From NCBI RefSeq assembly GCF_037042905.1, contig NC_087256.1, forward strand, positions 3,968,001 to 4,032,000: 64,000 nucleotides of DNA, given 5' to 3'. A model generated the notes under the pieces. The model saw nothing but the letters and a program-made list of their open reading frames with translations, did not search any database and was not told the origin of the DNA. The DNA is from Lytechinus pictus. Lineage: Eukaryota. Every line of letters begins with the position of its first letter. Position 1 is the stretch's first letter. Below are positions 59,386 through 64,000 of this stretch, piece after piece. Made by a program: the position numbers and the translations under genes.

Positions 59386-61613
59386 TTGCAAGGTTGATTA
59401 ACAATGTGTTAAAAATATATTGCAAATTCTGATACTGAACAATTAGATTTGCATGAAAAGATGGAAGAAAAGAGAGGAGAGGGGGAAGGTGTGAGAAAGT
59501 GAGGAGGGGTAGAGACAAAAAGGAAATTAATTTATATCAGAGTGTGATAAAATCTGCAAATATAGTTCCATCCTAAATTAAAGTCAAACTTTTTTAGACA
59601 TGACAAAAGATACGATTCAATACCACTAACATTTTTATTATTAAGGATGACATCTTCCTATTTAATAGGCATACATAAAATCAAATATTCAAAATTACAT
59701 CACCTTTTTGGGGTTTCATTTATAAAAGTGTAATTATAAAATCATTAGAAATGAAAGAAAATAACTAAAAGCACAATTTTCATCATGATGTTATCCTTCA
59801 ATGCAAATAGATTGTATAATACTTGACAAACAACTCATTTGCATACCCTCCCTTACCATACATATGTTGTTTCATCTACACAAATAGTTGATTTTTGGTA
59901 AATGAATTTCCGTTGTTATTGCGGCATTCTATTCTGCATGATTCAAGTGTAGCTGTAATTTTGGTATTGAAAAATTCTTGACATGTCAATGAAATATATC
60001 TGATGAAAAGATCTCAAAACCATGAACCATAAAGGTAGATGGAAACTCACATCTTTCTGTATGTCTAAATTGTGTATTGTGTAATTCAATGTATAAAAGG
60101 GACATTATACACGTACATGTATATGACAAGTGAGAGTACATACATATTTTTATGCATATAAATATAGACTATTAACCTTGAGATTGTTTCTGAAGCAATT
60201 AGATCATTTTCTTTGTCATTACCACTTGATGGCCTATGAGCATATCATATGCATTCCAGGTATTGTTTTTTAATGGGGGTGGGGGTATTCATTAAATTGT
60301 TCTTGAAGGTATGGAAGGCCAAATGAGATGTTGAGAACATATCCTTATCTCTTCACAATGTGTAGCATTACTTTGAAATGCATGTGTACAATAAGTATGC
60401 TAATCTACACTAGTATATTTCAAATTTTTGCTGTGACTAAAAAAAATAATATTTGAATTACCCTAATTTTAGCTTACAATGTTGCCATTCATTCATAAAC
60501 ACATGCACATCTTTGTAAACATCTTTATTCTGCCCCCCCCCCCACTAGGTCCTGGCCATTGACAGTGTGATTGAAATGACATAATTTCTCAAATCAGTTT
60601 TTTCAATATCCATGATTGAAACCAGAATTGCTTTGCTCTAATTCTGAAGAAAAGCTTCCTTTCAATTAGGCGATTTTAGTCAAAATACACATTTTATCAT
60701 TCTTTCAAAATTTCATTTAAAAATTGTGTTAGCAGGACTAATCTGTATGTATTTCAAATTTTATTTTTATTATTTTGTTTCACATATTCCTTTTTTTTTA
60801 TTTGATTATTTCTACATAATTTGAAATGATTTAACTGAAACACTTTCAATTATGAATAAAACAAAAATATATCACATTTTATCAACTTAAAAAATGTTGA
60901 TGTCTCCACATTTGCATCAGCTCTGTTTGAACTTAAAAAAAAATCATCATGTGTGTAGCAGCTTGTCAAAAGTCTGTGTCATGCCTTTTAGCAGGAATCA
61001 TGCTATAATGATGCTATGCATCTATTTATTGCAGCATTGCTATGGTATCTGTGAGGAAAACCTGCTTGCAGGATTCCTGTGGCAGAGATAAAGCTCTTAC
61101 TTTTGACAAGGAACTTGACAACAAAATACACAAAAATAAAAATCCTTGATTCAGTCTCCACTTGCTTTTAAGTTTCACTAAAAAAAAAAAAAAAAAAAAA
61201 AAATCAATGTTTGGTTCAAGTTGATTCACAAAAGTTATCCATACCTTATGCCTTGCCCCATGGTGTCACAACACGTTTGATGCAAGATTCCAAAATAAGG
61301 AAGCTTGTGAGACTCAAGAAAAAATAATCCAAGGTTCAGTCAACTCTTGCTCTCAGAGTTTAAGCTCTAAAGAGCAGTTTTCAGATGACATCCTGTACTT
61401 GGTTGATTCCGAGAAAATGATCAAGTCTTACAAAACTGTCCACTGCGTCATTGCTGTCTGAGATTGAAACTTGATCCTTATTTTGAAAATAAGATAGAGA
61501 TCCCAAGACTCTGGGAAAAAAATACAAGAGTCCCCGATTCAGTCTCCTCTTGCTCTAAGAGATTAAATTAATTAAAGAAAAACAAAAGTCTTCTGAAATC
61601 TGGTATGGTTGAT

Positions 61614-62930
61614 TCATGGAAACTCATCAATTCCTTGTTCACCATGAGGTTGGAGTCCTCTCTCTAAAAGTTTCTTATTCCGTGTCTTCTCTTCCTCTTG
61701 ATTCTTTAGCTGTTCTGCTCTTTGTGCTTCAAGGATCTCATCAATAGAAACTTCCTCCAAATTGTGATTATTCTCATTCTCTGTATCCTGAAATATATGA
61801 ATAAAGGAATAAAATTTATGTTATAATTCATCATAACATCATCATCATAATCATGATCTCCAGTTCACCAACACTATCACCCCCCCCCCCAATCATCATG
61901 ACATCATCGCCAACATCATCATCACTTTGCCATTANNNNNNNNNNNNNNNNNNNNNNNNNNNNNNNNNNNNNNNNNNNNNNNNNNNNNNNNNNNNNNNNN
62001 NNNNNNNNNNNNNNNNNNNNNNNNNNNNNNNNNNNNNNNNNNNNNNNNNNNNNNNNNNNNNNNNNNNNNNNNNNNNNNNNNNNNNNNTACTGCCATTCAT
62101 CATGATTACCAGTCTCCATCACCACCACCACCACCATCATCACCATCATCATCATTATCATCATCATATGCATTATCATCAACAACGATATCACCAAATT
62201 TTGGTTTAAAAATAGTGAGATAACTTACTACTTCACCAAGAAGGACCACATTCTCTCCTCTGACAACAAAAACACCTCTTGGTATGTCTCCATACTGTTT
62301 GCCTACATGTATCCTCTCAATGGTACGATGTAACACAAGATTGGCTGCCAAGATAAGAAGAGATACCACAAAAGAAAGTTAATTTCAATGTGTATATGAT
62401 TTGAAAAATTGAAATGTCTAAGGCTATTTTCTTAGATGATAGTTTACTATTTTTTTTTAATTGAGAGTAGGAAAATGAAGAATGTAATAAAGTAGAGTTG
62501 AAGTAGAAAAATGAGAAGGTGGATGAGTAAACAAGGAGGGAGGAGAAGGAGGGTAAGAAAATGAGGAACCAAGGAGGGAAGGAAGGAGGGTAGAAGAAGA
62601 ATATTCTTCTACATATTATGCAGCAGGCATAATAATATTCTTCTTCATATTATGCAGCAGGTGAATGAGCAAAGTGGTTCAAAGTTACAAACATGTGGTA
62701 AAAGGGATCATGATAATGCACAAGATAGTTTCATAAACTATAAAAAGCATGAATACTTTGCAAACCAATCTTTACTTGACAGTTTATTAAAAAAATAAAA
62801 TGCCTTGATAATTGTATAAAATTATAAAGTCAGACGTCCACAAGAATTGACTTATACTTACCGAATTGATCAATACTTCTAAGAATACCTATCAGGGTCC
62901 TTCCATCTCTTAGGACAACCAGAAGCTTTT
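61614..62930 (-). CDS. LSM1: Sm-like protein LSm1, last three coding exons (first exon not found in the window)
   Basis: Exons 62930-62862 (KLLVVLRDGRTLIGILRSIDQF), 62344-62229 (ANLVLHRTIERIHVGKQYGDIPRGVFVVRGENVVLLGEV) and 61787-61614 (DTENE...VSIDEILEAQRAEQ...EFP*); phases fit. Confidence 0.95.
61936..62087. other. N gap within a (CAT/CAC)n tract in an LSM1 intron
   Basis: Run of N. Confidence 0.99.
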
Positions 62931-63027
62931 CTATAAAAAAAAGTCAATAACAACACAAAGAGAAGATGAATGGAAGGAAAGGAAGAATTTTGATATCATT
63001 GTGTATATTTTTAAATTATTGTGTATT

Positions 63028-63231
63028 ATTTGTGATATCGTCATCATAACTTTGACAATTTATGGATCTAGTTCATGAAACTTGGACATAAGAGCAATTA
63101 AGTATCCCTGAAAATCCTGTGTGAGTTTCAGGTCACATGACAAAGTAAAAGGTCATTTAGGGTCAATGAACTTTGACAATGTTTGTTTTTTATGTGGAAA
63201 TGTCATCATTTTAAGATTTTATAGATTAAAA
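63028..63231 (-). repeat. Inverted near-identical copy of 58723-58926
   Basis: 63028-63180 reads as the reverse complement of 58774-58926; the match resumes at 63191-63231. Confidence 0.85.
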
Positions 63232-64000
63232 TATAGATAGATTAAAAGAAATCACACACACCATAGTGGCTTCATGAAGTTCATTACTATCTTCACCCAT
63301 GGATATTTGTTGCAAGTACAGTAGGGTAGAGTCAAAATGTTTAACCACTGTATATGACCACATTAGCTGAAAGGCACAATCTTTTTGCCATTTTTATGTA
63401 TGGCAGTGTGTCCAAACTTTGTGCATGGCCGTTTTGTTTTTTTAAGTATTAAATATCTTGAAAATATGATATCGCCAACAAAAAAAAAGCAACTTAAAAT
63501 TACCTTGCAATATATTTTTTGGGGGGGAATGAGAATCATGAGATCAGCATTTTTTTTAATATTGACAAATTATCAGTAAATTTGTCACCAGTTAGCACTG
63601 GTTCCAAATACAGGAAATCACCAATTGTAAGCAGATATAAAAAAAAAAAATGAGAGTAAATGTGTAAATGACCAAATCTATAGCATTTTGATATCTATCT
63701 GATGTAAAAATCTCACCTTTTTGTGCTTAATTTTATTGTTTAAATGTTTTCGTGCATGAAATAAGGTTAGAACTACATTTTCAGAACTGTTTACTAACAC
63801 AGTGCAGTGCATACTCCTCGATTGACAAAGAATTTGTAGAATAACCGCAAAACCCCTTTACATTTTCGTCAATAAATTAGATCAGTCTACAATTTTCCCC
63901 AGCAATTTGGTAGCGATTAATTTAATTGGTTTTGTATAAAATAAGAATAAGTACCCTGCCAGAGTAGATTAAGAGAGCATTTTTTAATTTATGCGCACCG

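Noticed and set aside
42288-62930. Functional clustering of U1 snRNA with LSM1
   Set aside because: They are ~19 kb apart with a GPCR between them, and LSm1 acts in cytoplasmic mRNA decay rather than the U1 snRNP; probably coincidental.

Overview
AT-rich, intron-containing animal genomic DNA, most likely a sea urchin (inferred from the U1 snRNA sequence and the repeat families; not provable from the window alone). Six protein-coding genes can be reconstructed: the 5' part of a HEATR4-like gene (-, runs off the left edge), a complete 8-exon COX15 (+), an intronless RING-filamin-NHL protein (-), a complete 10-exon pancreatic-lipase-related gene (+), an intronless atypical class A GPCR (+) and the last three exons of LSM1 (-). 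There is one solitary, apparently intact U1 snRNA gene (-). The rest is dense in non-autonomous DNA transposons, many with readable TSDs, plus one tRNA-derived SINE, an L2-type LINE 3' end, microsatellites and two N gaps. The most unusual structure is at 4229-6033. What looks like a 1.8-kb palindrome is two separate insertions, in opposite orientation, of related ~878-bp elements, each with its own 8-bp TSD, nested 49 bp apart inside a third element. Their interiors have diverged, but they keep their length, their asymmetric hairpin-bearing ends, promoter-like motifs and three outward-pointing splice donors. They look like a mobile bidirectional promoter/first-exon cassette upstream of the HEATR4 coding exons. 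All alignments and coordinates were read by eye.
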